A model generated the notes under the pieces. It saw only the letters and a list, made by a program, of their open reading frames with translations. It was not told the DNA's origin and did not search any database. DNA of 64,000 nucleotides from a virus. Its lineage: Duplodnaviria; Caudoviricetes. Location of the stretch: IMG/VR virus record IMGVR_UViG_3300042866_001263. One strand, given 5' to 3'. This document shows, piece after piece, positions 7,909-13,481 of this stretch; positions within the stretch are counted from its first letter, which is position 1, and the number at the start of each line of letters is the position of its first letter. The translations under genes and the position numbers were made by a program.

Positions 7909-8104
7909 AGCACAAACATTAATGCAAGAAGTATGGAATGAACGTAACACATGGGCAGATACAGAAAATAAACTTGTTGCAGCAATCATTCGTAAGATGA
8001 TCTCTCATGCTAAAACATACACAGCATCAACAATGAATGATCTACAAGTGATTGATAAGAATGATCTTATCACACTGTCAAAAGAACTAGAACAACTCAA
8101 ATGA
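7889..8104 (+). CDS. hypothetical protein
   Basis: Run of four ATGs, so the true start may be 7898. Confidence 0.65.
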   Translation: MMMMTLRAQTLMQEVWNERNTWADTENKLVAAIIRKMISHAKTYTASTMNDLQVIDKNDLITLSKELEQLK

Positions 8105-8277
8105 CATTCACTCAAACATCTAATCAACCATACGATAGACACAAGTATAAACTCTATCTAACAAATGGTAAGGTAGAACAGTATGAATGGTATGATGAAC
8201 TAATAGCACGATGGATACAAACACCATCACAGTTCCTATCACATGTAGAAGTCATAGATAGAAAGAAAAAACGATAG
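8101..8277 (+). CDS. hypothetical protein
   Basis: 58 aa (MTFTQTSNQPYDRHKYKL...); below the track cutoff. Confidence 0.65.
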   Translation: MTFTQTSNQPYDRHKYKLYLTNGKVEQYEWYDELIARWIQTPSQFLSHVEVIDRKKKR

Positions 8278-8278
8278 G

Positions 8279-8452
8279 ATGATTGACGAGAATACACCCT
8301 ACAAACTAGCAGAAATCATACGAGATACATGGCCTCAATTATATCATCTGAAGAGAGATGATATTGATAATCAACAAGGTTTTCAAGGTGCTTCCGCTCC
8401 AGTCATAGCAAGGGTTCTCAATAAGAAAGGTCTTATTGATAATCAACAATAA
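8279..8452 (+). CDS. hypothetical protein
   Basis: 57 aa (MIDENTPYKLAEIIRDTWPQLY...). Confidence 0.55.
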   Translation: MIDENTPYKLAEIIRDTWPQLYHLKRDDIDNQQGFQGASAPVIARVLNKKGLIDNQQ

Positions 8453-8581
8453 GAAATGGTTAAAAAAATATAGTATATCCGAGTGATACAGAGGTATTGA
8501 TCTGTATCGTTCGGTAACGTTCGAGAAGGTGCGGAGTGGTTGTTGGCTTAGCGTGTAACCTATCGAAAGTCAAGTTCAGGT

Positions 8582-8639
8582 GTGCCAGTACTCAAAGTGT
8601 CACAAAACCCCTCTGAGGACCTCCCAGATGCCTTATACT
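8582..8639 (+). promoter_or_regulatory. early promoter, palindrome copy 4
   Basis: GTGCCAGT-N6-AGTGTCAC at 8582-8603, 30 bp gap, -10 TATACT at 8634-8639. Confidence 0.8.
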
Positions 8640-8665
8640 ACCTAGGTAATCGAGAGACATCCCAA

Positions 8666-8833
8666 ATGCTCACCACCACTGAGGTTATTGAGAAACCCCT
8701 GACCCCTCAGCAGAAGATTGCCCTGGACAATCAGCAAGTCTGTGAGGCATTCGTAGAAGCTCTTAAGGCAGGTGATAAGAAGACTGCTACCGAGTATGCT
8801 AAAGTGATCATGTTGAAGGCGATGTCCCTCTGA
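8666..8833 (+). CDS. hypothetical protein
   Basis: ATG 8666 lies downstream of promoter copy 4; 55 aa. Confidence 0.65.
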   Translation: MLTTTEVIEKPLTPQQKIALDNQQVCEAFVEALKAGDKKTATEYAKVIMLKAMSL

Positions 8834-8835
8834 AG

Positions 8836-8865
8836 TTTTCCACAACCTGTGGAAACTGTGGAAAA
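8836..8865. promoter_or_regulatory. cluster of DnaA-box-like 9-mers
   Basis: TTTTCCACA at 8836-8844 (+), TGTGGAAAA at 8857-8865 (- strand TTTTCCACA) and a one-mismatch TGTGGAAAC at 8848-8856. Confidence 0.55.
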
Positions 8866-8870
8866 CTCAT

Positions 8871-9016
8871 TTATTGAGATTCTCAATAATCTTAAAATAT
8901 TGAAAATCCTAATATTTGAGTTTTTTGAGTTTTTCGAAAATCTTAAAAACTTAACTTTTTAGTTTTTTAAGATTTCTTGTTTTTCTTACCATTTAAACTT
9001 TAATCACACACACAAA
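8871..9016. other. AT-rich non-coding tract with inverted repeats (origin/DUE-like)
   Basis: Perfect IR TTATTGAGA-T-TCTCAATAA at 8871-8889, repeated AGTTTTTT runs, and an imperfect IR AAATCTTAAAAACT / AGTTTTTTAAGATTT. Confidence 0.5.
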
Positions 9017-9265
9017 ATGAACAAATCCTTCAATAATCTTCAGAGTTCAGCTATTAACTCTATTGAAGTAGTTGATAGTACAGTTAAAGTAGTGTATAAT
9101 AGTAATGTAGACAAAGAATATACATTTAACTGTGAAAATGTAGAAGAATTTGTAGAAGAATTGTCTAAAGAATTGATCAGTATTGAATTAGAAGATAATA
9201 AAGGATCTGTTGGTCGTTTTATCAACAAACAGATCAAAGATCAAGTCCTAGTTCAATCTAAATAA
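9017..9265 (+). CDS. KTSC-like small protein
   Basis: SSAINSIEV..TVKVVYNS..KEYTF...GSVGRFINKQIK resembles the KTSC pattern. Confidence 0.5.
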   Translation: MNKSFNNLQSSAINSIEVVDSTVKVVYNSNVDKEYTFNCENVEEFVEELSKELISIELEDNKGSVGRFINKQIKDQVLVQSK

Positions 9266-9299
9266 TCACACACTGTTTGAGTAACTAAACCCCAAGACA

Positions 9300-9461
9300 A
9301 TGAGCAACAAGAATTACCGTTCGAATAGCAACGATAAGTTTAAACAATTCGACGATGAATTTGAAGACTACGGCTACGATGTAAAGAATGTACGTAGGCA
9401 GTCTAAAAAGAAAGTTACCAAATTTAAGACCAAAGATGATTGGTATGAGGACAGTTTCTGA
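9300..9461 (+). CDS. hypothetical protein
   Basis: 53 aa (MSNKNYRSNSNDKFKQFDDEFEDYGY...) after a CTAAATA at 9258-9264. Confidence 0.6.
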   Translation: MSNKNYRSNSNDKFKQFDDEFEDYGYDVKNVRRQSKKKVTKFKTKDDWYEDSF

Positions 9462-9505
9462 AGTGGCACACTAACACCCCCAGACCCTCCCTGATGATGT
9501 ATTGT
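9448..9505 (+). promoter_or_regulatory. early promoter, palindrome copy 5
   Basis: AGGACAGT-N6-AGTGGCAC at 9448-9469, 30 bp gap, TATTGT at 9500-9505. Confidence 0.7.
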
Positions 9506-9529
9506 TAACAAGTCGTCAGGGATTGCCCC

Positions 9530-9733
9530 ATGATTTTCTACACTTCCACGAACCACGGTTGTGTATATTCTCTGTCTCAGGAAGATGGTGAAGAACTGTT
9601 CTATGCTCCCATCTATGCTAACGGTAGTGTGAATTTGAATGAATTTGCCCCTGTAGATATGGATGATATTGATATGGATGACATGGAGTTGTTTGATATC
9701 ATGAACCGCCTGCGTCAGATGGCAGCAGTGTGA
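9530..9733 (+). CDS. acidic early protein
   Basis: 67 aa with DMDDIDMDDME. Confidence 0.75.
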   Translation: MIFYTSTNHGCVYSLSQEDGEELFYAPIYANGSVNLNEFAPVDMDDIDMDDMELFDIMNRLRQMAAV

Positions 9734-9787
9734 CAGTCTCTGAACTGTCTACTAATCACTCCAAACCCCATCTGGGGATGCCATACT
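9730..9787 (+). promoter_or_regulatory. early promoter, palindrome copy 6
   Basis: GTGACAGT-N6-ACTGTCTA at 9730-9751, 30 bp gap, CATACT at 9782-9787, then an AAGTCAAACAAA leader. Confidence 0.8.
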
Positions 9788-9811
9788 AACCAAGTCAAAC
9801 AAATTTCACGA

Positions 9812-10042
9812 ATGACTAACACTTTCATGAAGGCATTTGTTAACACTTTGATGATCAATCTTGCCACCATCGCTGCTGTTATCGTTGGTGTGGTGAGTTA
9901 TGCTTACCGTGCTGCTAAGGTTTGGTATGCTGAGAATGGCGAAGATCTTCGCTACGATGTTAGTTTCCAACTCGCAGAATTCTTTGGTTCACTTCACTTT
10001 AAGTTTGCTGATATGGCAGGAGAGTTTGATGATGATGTGTGA
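9812..10042 (+). CDS. early membrane protein
   Basis: 76 aa with a hydrophobic segment LATIAAVIVGVVSYAY. Confidence 0.75.
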   Translation: MTNTFMKAFVNTLMINLATIAAVIVGVVSYAYRAAKVWYAENGEDLRYDVSFQLAEFFGSLHFKFADMAGEFDDDV

Positions 10043-10097
10043 CAGTTAAGCAAGTGGCACAAGGGGGGTTGCAATTGCCCCCATCCTGACCCATACT
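10039..10097 (+). promoter_or_regulatory. early promoter, palindrome copy 7, with sigma70-like -35
   Basis: GTGACAGT-N6-AGTGGCAC at 10039-10060; TTGCAA at 10069-10074, 17 bp spacer, CATACT at 10092-10097. Confidence 0.85.
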
Positions 10098-10123
10098 AAG
10101 CAAGTCAACCAAACGACCCGACA

Positions 10124-10438
10124 ATGCGTAAGATCGAACGTCTGATGAATGCTGCTATCAAAGCAGGCAAAGATTGGAAGCTCGCTAACACTGAGGTGGT
10201 GGCATGTTCTAACGTTACTGATGTCTTCCTGCATGGCAATCTGATTGCTCGCATTGGTGAAACCTGGATTGAATTGTTCGATGGTGGTTGGCAAACTGTT
10301 ACCACGAAGTCTCGCTTGAATGCTATTCTTCGTGAGCATGGTTTGCCTCATGAGGGTATCTTCCAGCGCAAAGGTCAGTGGTTTGTTAACATGAATGACA
10401 TGACCATTCCTTTCTTCTCGGGTATGCGTCTTAACTGA
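10124..10438 (+). CDS. early hypothetical protein (MRKIE... family)
   Basis: 104 aa, LHGNLIA...DGGWQTVTTKSRLNAIL. Confidence 0.8.
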   Translation: MRKIERLMNAAIKAGKDWKLANTEVVACSNVTDVFLHGNLIARIGETWIELFDGGWQTVTTKSRLNAILREHGLPHEGIFQRKGQWFVNMNDMTIPFFSGMRLN

Positions 10439-10481
10439 CGATTGCCCTCATTAAATATAATCAACACTCACGAGGGTTAGC

Positions 10482-10613
10482 ATGACTATTCAAGAGATGT
10501 ACCAAGAGATGAAAGATCAACAAGTGGAAGATCAGAAGCAAGGATATAATGACCCTGATATGTACGATGATTGCTATACTTTCATAGAGATCGATTACAC
10601 TACCCAAGAATAG
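10482..10613 (+). CDS. small acidic protein
   Basis: 43 aa MTIQEMYQEMKDQQVEDQKQGY..., preceded by TATAAT at 10456-10461 and GAGGG. Confidence 0.55.
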   Translation: MTIQEMYQEMKDQQVEDQKQGYNDPDMYDDCYTFIEIDYTTQE

Positions 10614-10619
10614 AGAACT

Positions 10620-10682
10620 GGGCGGCCGCTTCGCTGCCCCTTCCCTCCCCTCCCGCCCTCTAGGTTAGTCGCCTGGAGGGCG
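10620..10682. other. GC-rich double hairpin around a C-tract (G-quadruplex motif on the - strand)
   Basis: GGGCGG..CTGCCC hairpin; CCCC-TT-CCC-T-CCCC-T-CCC-G-CCC at 10637-10658; CGCCCTCTAGG / CCTGGAGGGCG 11-bp stem at 10654-10682. Confidence 0.5.
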
Positions 10683-10698
10683 TCTGTCTAGGTGGGCT

Positions 10699-10756
10699 GG
10701 GACAGTTCGGCAACTGACCACCAAACCCACCAGACTGCCCCTAGGGGTGCCATACT
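10699..10756 (+). promoter_or_regulatory. early promoter, palindrome copy 8 (leaderless)
   Basis: GGGACAGT-N6-ACTGACCA at 10699-10720, 30 bp gap, CATACT at 10751-10756, ATG at 10763. Confidence 0.75.
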
Positions 10757-10762
10757 GATCTC

Positions 10763-10933
10763 ATGAAACAAACCGCTCACACCGCTTACGCTCAGCAGAT
10801 CCTGGCAAAGGGTCGGGATCTGCCTACTGCCCCTGCCCCTAAGGCGCAGTACCCCCGTACTATCCATGGTCGGGTCTTTCAGACTGAGGCAGAGTATAGG
10901 GAGGCACTGCATGACTTCCTGAACGGCATGTGA
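10763..10933 (+). CDS. early hypothetical protein
   Basis: 56 aa MKQTAHTAYAQQILAKGRDLP...; below the track cutoff, flanked by motif copies. Confidence 0.7.
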   Translation: MKQTAHTAYAQQILAKGRDLPTAPAPKAQYPRTIHGRVFQTEAEYREALHDFLNGM

Positions 10934-10987
10934 CAGTCGGGAGGGTGGCCACCACCCCTTGACTTTACCCCTGATCTGATCCATACT
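10930..10987 (+). promoter_or_regulatory. early promoter, palindrome copy 9, with sigma70-like -35
   Basis: GTGACAGT-N6-GGTGGCCA at 10930-10951; TTGACT at 10959-10964, 17 bp spacer, CATACT at 10982-10987. Confidence 0.85.
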
Positions 10988-11011
10988 AACAAAGTCAAAT
11001 CAAACGAGACT

Positions 11012-11200
11012 ATGACAAAGACCGAAGCAACTGCCCTTGCGATCGCCGTTGTTCACAGCAACTGCCCGAACGCTGCTAATGGTCACGTTCGGATGCTGCA
11101 TCAGTCTGCCGATGGTGCTGAGATGCTGCGCCTGATCGTTCGTGATAATCTGGCAGGTGCTGGTGACATCGTAGCAGATGCCCTGATGGACAATCTCTGA
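11012..11200 (+). CDS. early hypothetical protein
   Basis: 62 aa between two motif copies. Confidence 0.75.
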   Translation: MTKTEATALAIAVVHSNCPNAANGHVRMLHQSADGAEMLRLIVRDNLAGAGDIVADALMDNL

Positions 11201-11244
11201 ACTGTCCACCAAACCTCCCAAACCCCGTCAAGGGGTGCCATACT
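11187..11244 (+). promoter_or_regulatory. early promoter, palindrome copy 10
   Basis: TGGACAAT-N6-ACTGTCCA at 11187-11208, 30 bp gap, CATACT at 11239-11244. Confidence 0.8.
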
Positions 11245-11268
11245 AAACAAGTCAACCAAACAAAGCAA

Positions 11269-11697
11269 ATGAGCATCACTCTCACCGCTAACTACAAAGA
11301 AGTTCTGAACGCTCACACTGTTAACAAGATCGATGAATTGATCGATGAGAACTATGCTCTGGATGACATGCTGGAGTTCATTGACGCTCACAATGAGGAT
11401 GACTTCTGCAACTATTATGAAGAGTATGTGCGTTGTGGTGAAGCGATCGGATATGATGCCGTTGATGCCCTGATCGAAGAAATGGGCGACATGTCCTATA
11501 TTGACTGCTGTGATGAGCGGTTCCGTGGTTGGTATGAATCCGAGGCAGACTTCGCTGAAGAATTCTACAACGAGATCAGCGATGTTCCCTCTGCATTGGT
11601 GATCGATTGGCAGGCGACCTACGATTCCTCCCTACGTTATGATTACACCTGCTGTGAGGTGAAGTATCGTCAGGTTGCTGTGTTCAGCGACTATTGA
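11269..11697 (+). CDS. ArdA-like antirestriction (DNA-mimic) protein
   Basis: Very acidic; FRGWYESEADFAEEFY..ISDVPSALVIDWQATY matches the ArdA C-terminal Y.G.Y.S..DFAEE...P..l..IDw.a pattern. Confidence 0.65.
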   Translation: MSITLTANYKEVLNAHTVNKIDELIDENYALDDMLEFIDAHNEDDFCNYYEEYVRCGEAIGYDAVDALIEEMGDMSYIDCCDERFRGWYESEADFAEEFYNEISDVPSALVIDWQATYDSSLRYDYTCCEVKYRQVAVFSDY

Positions 11698-11749
11698 GCA
11701 ATGGGAATGGGTGCGCCCTAAAGACGCCCAGCAAACTAACAACAATTCA

Positions 11750-11860
11750 ATGTCACACTACAACATGCCTAGTCTGCCTGTGATTCGTTCTAACCAGCAA
11801 CCTAGTGTGACACTTGCAGATCTGGTCTATCGTTGGTTGATGCGTCGTCTGGGGCTGTAG
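11750..11860 (+). CDS. small early peptide
   Basis: 36 aa MSHYNMPSLPVIRSNQQPSVTLADLVYRWLMRRLGL; its TAG stop is part of the next -10 box. Confidence 0.45.
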   Translation: MSHYNMPSLPVIRSNQQPSVTLADLVYRWLMRRLGL

Positions 11861-11863
11861 ACT
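11807..11863 (+). promoter_or_regulatory. early promoter, palindrome copy 11 (degenerate)
   Basis: GTGACACT-N6-TCTGGTCT at 11807-11828, 29 bp gap, TAGACT at 11858-11863. Confidence 0.55.
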
Positions 11864-11885
11864 GACAGCATCGAAACGAACCATC

Positions 11886-12062
11886 ATGACGACCCTCGCC
11901 AAATCAATTCTCGTGATGCTGACCGCCAGCGTTACCATCGTTGCAGGATCCCACGTGCTAGACGCTGCTCTGAAGGTTCGTGATAAGATCGACCACCGCA
12001 ACGCCCTAACCTGCCAGCAGATCAACGAGGTGATGCCAGGCGGGTGCCAGATGCCCAAGTGA
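11886..12062 (+). CDS. early membrane or secreted peptide
   Basis: 58 aa with hydrophobic N-terminus and two C-terminal Cys; below the track cutoff. Confidence 0.65.
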   Translation: MTTLAKSILVMLTASVTIVAGSHVLDAALKVRDKIDHRNALTCQQINEVMPGGCQMPK

Positions 12063-12102
12063 CCACCAGCTGCCCCGATGGGCACCGCTGACCCTGTAGA
12101 CT
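12044..12102 (+). promoter_or_regulatory. early promoter, palindrome copy 12
   Basis: GTGCCAGA-N6-AGTGACCA at 12044-12065, 31 bp gap, TAGACT at 12097-12102. Confidence 0.75.
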
Positions 12103-12127
12103 AACCTCAGTTCAAACGAAACGACCC

Positions 12128-12406
12128 ATGACCAAAGCAACCGCCACCCTTCCTACCTACAACGGTTGGGCAACTTACGAAACCTGGAATGCTGCCCTGT
12201 GGATCGGCAATGATCAATTCCTCTACAATACCGCCAAGGCATGTGTAGAGTACTGTGGCGACAATGAGACCCCCTGGGATAAGTTCGTGCGTTGCATGAT
12301 GGATGGCATGATCGGTCGCCACCTCGGGCAGACTGGTGACGGCGTGGCATGGGATAGCGTCGCCATCGATGCCGATGAGATGAACGCCATGATGGCAGAT
12401 CTGTGA
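12128..12406 (+). CDS. early phage protein with YNGW.xYETW motif
   Basis: TYNGWATYETWNAALWIGND, a widespread phage early-gene motif. Confidence 0.8.
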   Translation: MTKATATLPTYNGWATYETWNAALWIGNDQFLYNTAKACVEYCGDNETPWDKFVRCMMDGMIGRHLGQTGDGVAWDSVAIDADEMNAMMADL

Positions 12407-12461
12407 CGGTCGGGAGACTGTCCCCCATCTGCCCCGATCCTGCCTCCTGACCCTGTAGACT
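12403..12461 (+). promoter_or_regulatory. early promoter, palindrome copy 13 (leaderless)
   Basis: GTGACGGT-N6-ACTGTCCC at 12403-12424, 31 bp gap, TAGACT at 12456-12461, ATG at 12468. Confidence 0.8.
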
Positions 12462-12467
12462 AACAGC

Positions 12468-12662
12468 ATGAAAGAAAACACCTTCACCCTCTCGCTCCGT
12501 GACCGCTGCCTCGCCCTCGCTGAGGCACAGGCATGGGAGATCAATGGCGACATCGACGCTGTGGATCCTGACGACCTCGAATCCTGCCTGGCAGGTCTGA
12601 CCGAGGACAACCTGGAGGAGACGGCTGGCAATCTGGCACACCTCGCCGCCTGGTGCGCCTGA
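12468..12662 (+). CDS. acidic early protein
   Basis: 64 aa, D/E-rich core. Confidence 0.7.
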   Translation: MKENTFTLSLRDRCLALAEAQAWEINGDIDAVDPDDLESCLAGLTEDNLEETAGNLAHLAAWCA

Positions 12663-12676
12663 GCGCCCTGTAGACT
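12618..12676 (+). promoter_or_regulatory. early promoter, palindrome copy 14 (inside the upstream CDS, leaderless)
   Basis: GAGACGGC-N6-TCTGGCAC at 12618-12639, 31 bp gap, TAGACT at 12671-12676, ATG at 12683. Confidence 0.65.
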
Positions 12677-12682
12677 AACAGC

Positions 12683-12859
12683 ATGAACAAAACCAAGATG
12701 ACCCACAACGAACTGATCGCCTCCGTGATGGCATCCTACACTGAGCGCCTCGCCCGTGAGGAGGCACACCGTCAAGCGATCCGTGATGCCGTCGCTAACG
12801 GGACCTACCAGGCACCCGAGGGACAGTGGGGCGAGTGGAACATCAGCGATCGGGACTGA
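12683..12859 (+). CDS. early hypothetical protein
   Basis: 58 aa MNKTKMTHNELIASVMASYTERLAREE...; below the track cutoff. Confidence 0.7.
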   Translation: MNKTKMTHNELIASVMASYTERLAREEAHRQAIRDAVANGTYQAPEGQWGEWNISDRD

Positions 12860-12878
12860 CCCCCAGACCGTCTAGACT
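12820..12878 (+). promoter_or_regulatory. early promoter, palindrome copy 15 (inside the upstream CDS)
   Basis: GGGACAGT-N6-AGTGGAAC at 12820-12841, 31 bp gap, TAGACT at 12873-12878. Confidence 0.7.
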
Positions 12879-12902
12879 AACCCCATACCAAACGAACCGA
12901 GC

Positions 12903-13100
12903 ATGGCACTCTACAGCATGGCAACCGACCTCCAGACCCGCCAGACCGTGTGGGTCAGCACCAACGTGGTGAAGGGTCGCCCCCAGCTGAACTCCCACCG
13001 TCAAGACCGCCTAGGCGCATCCCTGGCAGCAGGGGGCATCGATGGGTTCAGCGCAGCAGAGCTGGCAGGTCTCCACACAGACTACCAGGGCAAGGGGTGA
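12903..13100 (+). CDS. early hypothetical protein
   Basis: 65 aa ORF after the promoter. Confidence 0.7.
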   Translation: MALYSMATDLQTRQTVWVSTNVVKGRPQLNSHRQDRLGASLAAGGIDGFSAAELAGLHTDYQGKG

Positions 13101-13139
13101 CCCCCCATCCTACCACGTCCCCATTCTCTACACTAACTC

Positions 13140-13313
13140 ATGACCAGCAAACAATTGCACAAACTCGCAAAGGTGCATGGTTGGGTATTACAAAGGAACG
13201 GCAGCAAGCATTACATCTATCGCCACGAAGATGCAGGCAAGCAGATCACAATTCCCTATCAAGTGCGTGAGTTCGTAGGACGCAAGATCGCCAAGGATTT
13301 GGCAGCAGTTTGA
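13140..13313 (+). CDS. HicA-family mRNA interferase-like protein (no adjacent HicB)
   Basis: MTSKQLHKLAKVHGWVLQRNGSKHYIYRHEDAGKQITIPYQVREFVGRKIAKDLAAV matches the dsRBD-like HicA pattern (L...Gw...R..GS.H..y.h...K.itiP). Not in the ORF track. Confidence 0.65.
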   Translation: MTSKQLHKLAKVHGWVLQRNGSKHYIYRHEDAGKQITIPYQVREFVGRKIAKDLAAV

Positions 13314-13319
13314 GACACT

Positions 13320-13345
13320 GGGGGCAGTTAATATGCCCCCCCTTC
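13320..13345 (+). terminator. possible terminator closing the early island
   Basis: GGGGGCA-gttaata-TGCCCCC 7-bp stem with a weak U tail. Confidence 0.4.
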
Positions 13346-13415
13346 GTTATATCGGGGCGGCCGAGCGGGTCCCATATCGCACCTCCCCTAACCTACAAAA
13401 GTATCCAGACGAGCG

Positions 13416-13422
13416 ATAAATA
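13416..13422 (+). promoter_or_regulatory. T4-type late promoter
   Basis: ATAAATA upstream of the first AT-rich gene. Confidence 0.6.
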
Positions 13423-13481
13423 TTTTTGAAAATGGTTTTTTGAAAACCTCTGAAAGAAAAAAATTTCCCCCAGAAAAAATC

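Noticed and set aside
8582-8665. GTG start at 8582 for ORF 8582-8833
   Set aside because: The GTG is the first arm of the promoter palindrome and lies upstream of its -10 box; ATG 8666 is the sensible start.
9730-10060. CRP or NtcA binding sites (TGTGA occurs at the motif's left edge)
   Set aside because: There is no TCACA at N6 distance and no GTA-N8-TAC; the dyad is wider (GTG-N16-CAC).
9448-12878. CRISPR array or integron attC cassette array
   Set aside because: The repeats are degenerate, the intervening segments are whole genes of variable length, there is no cas or intI gene in the window, no attC R-box/L-box pattern is evident, and the spacing to the -10 box is fixed.
13082-13103. 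Possible palindrome copy upstream of the HicA-like gene
   Set aside because: The match is weak, and the spacing to TACACT is 25 bp rather than 29-31.
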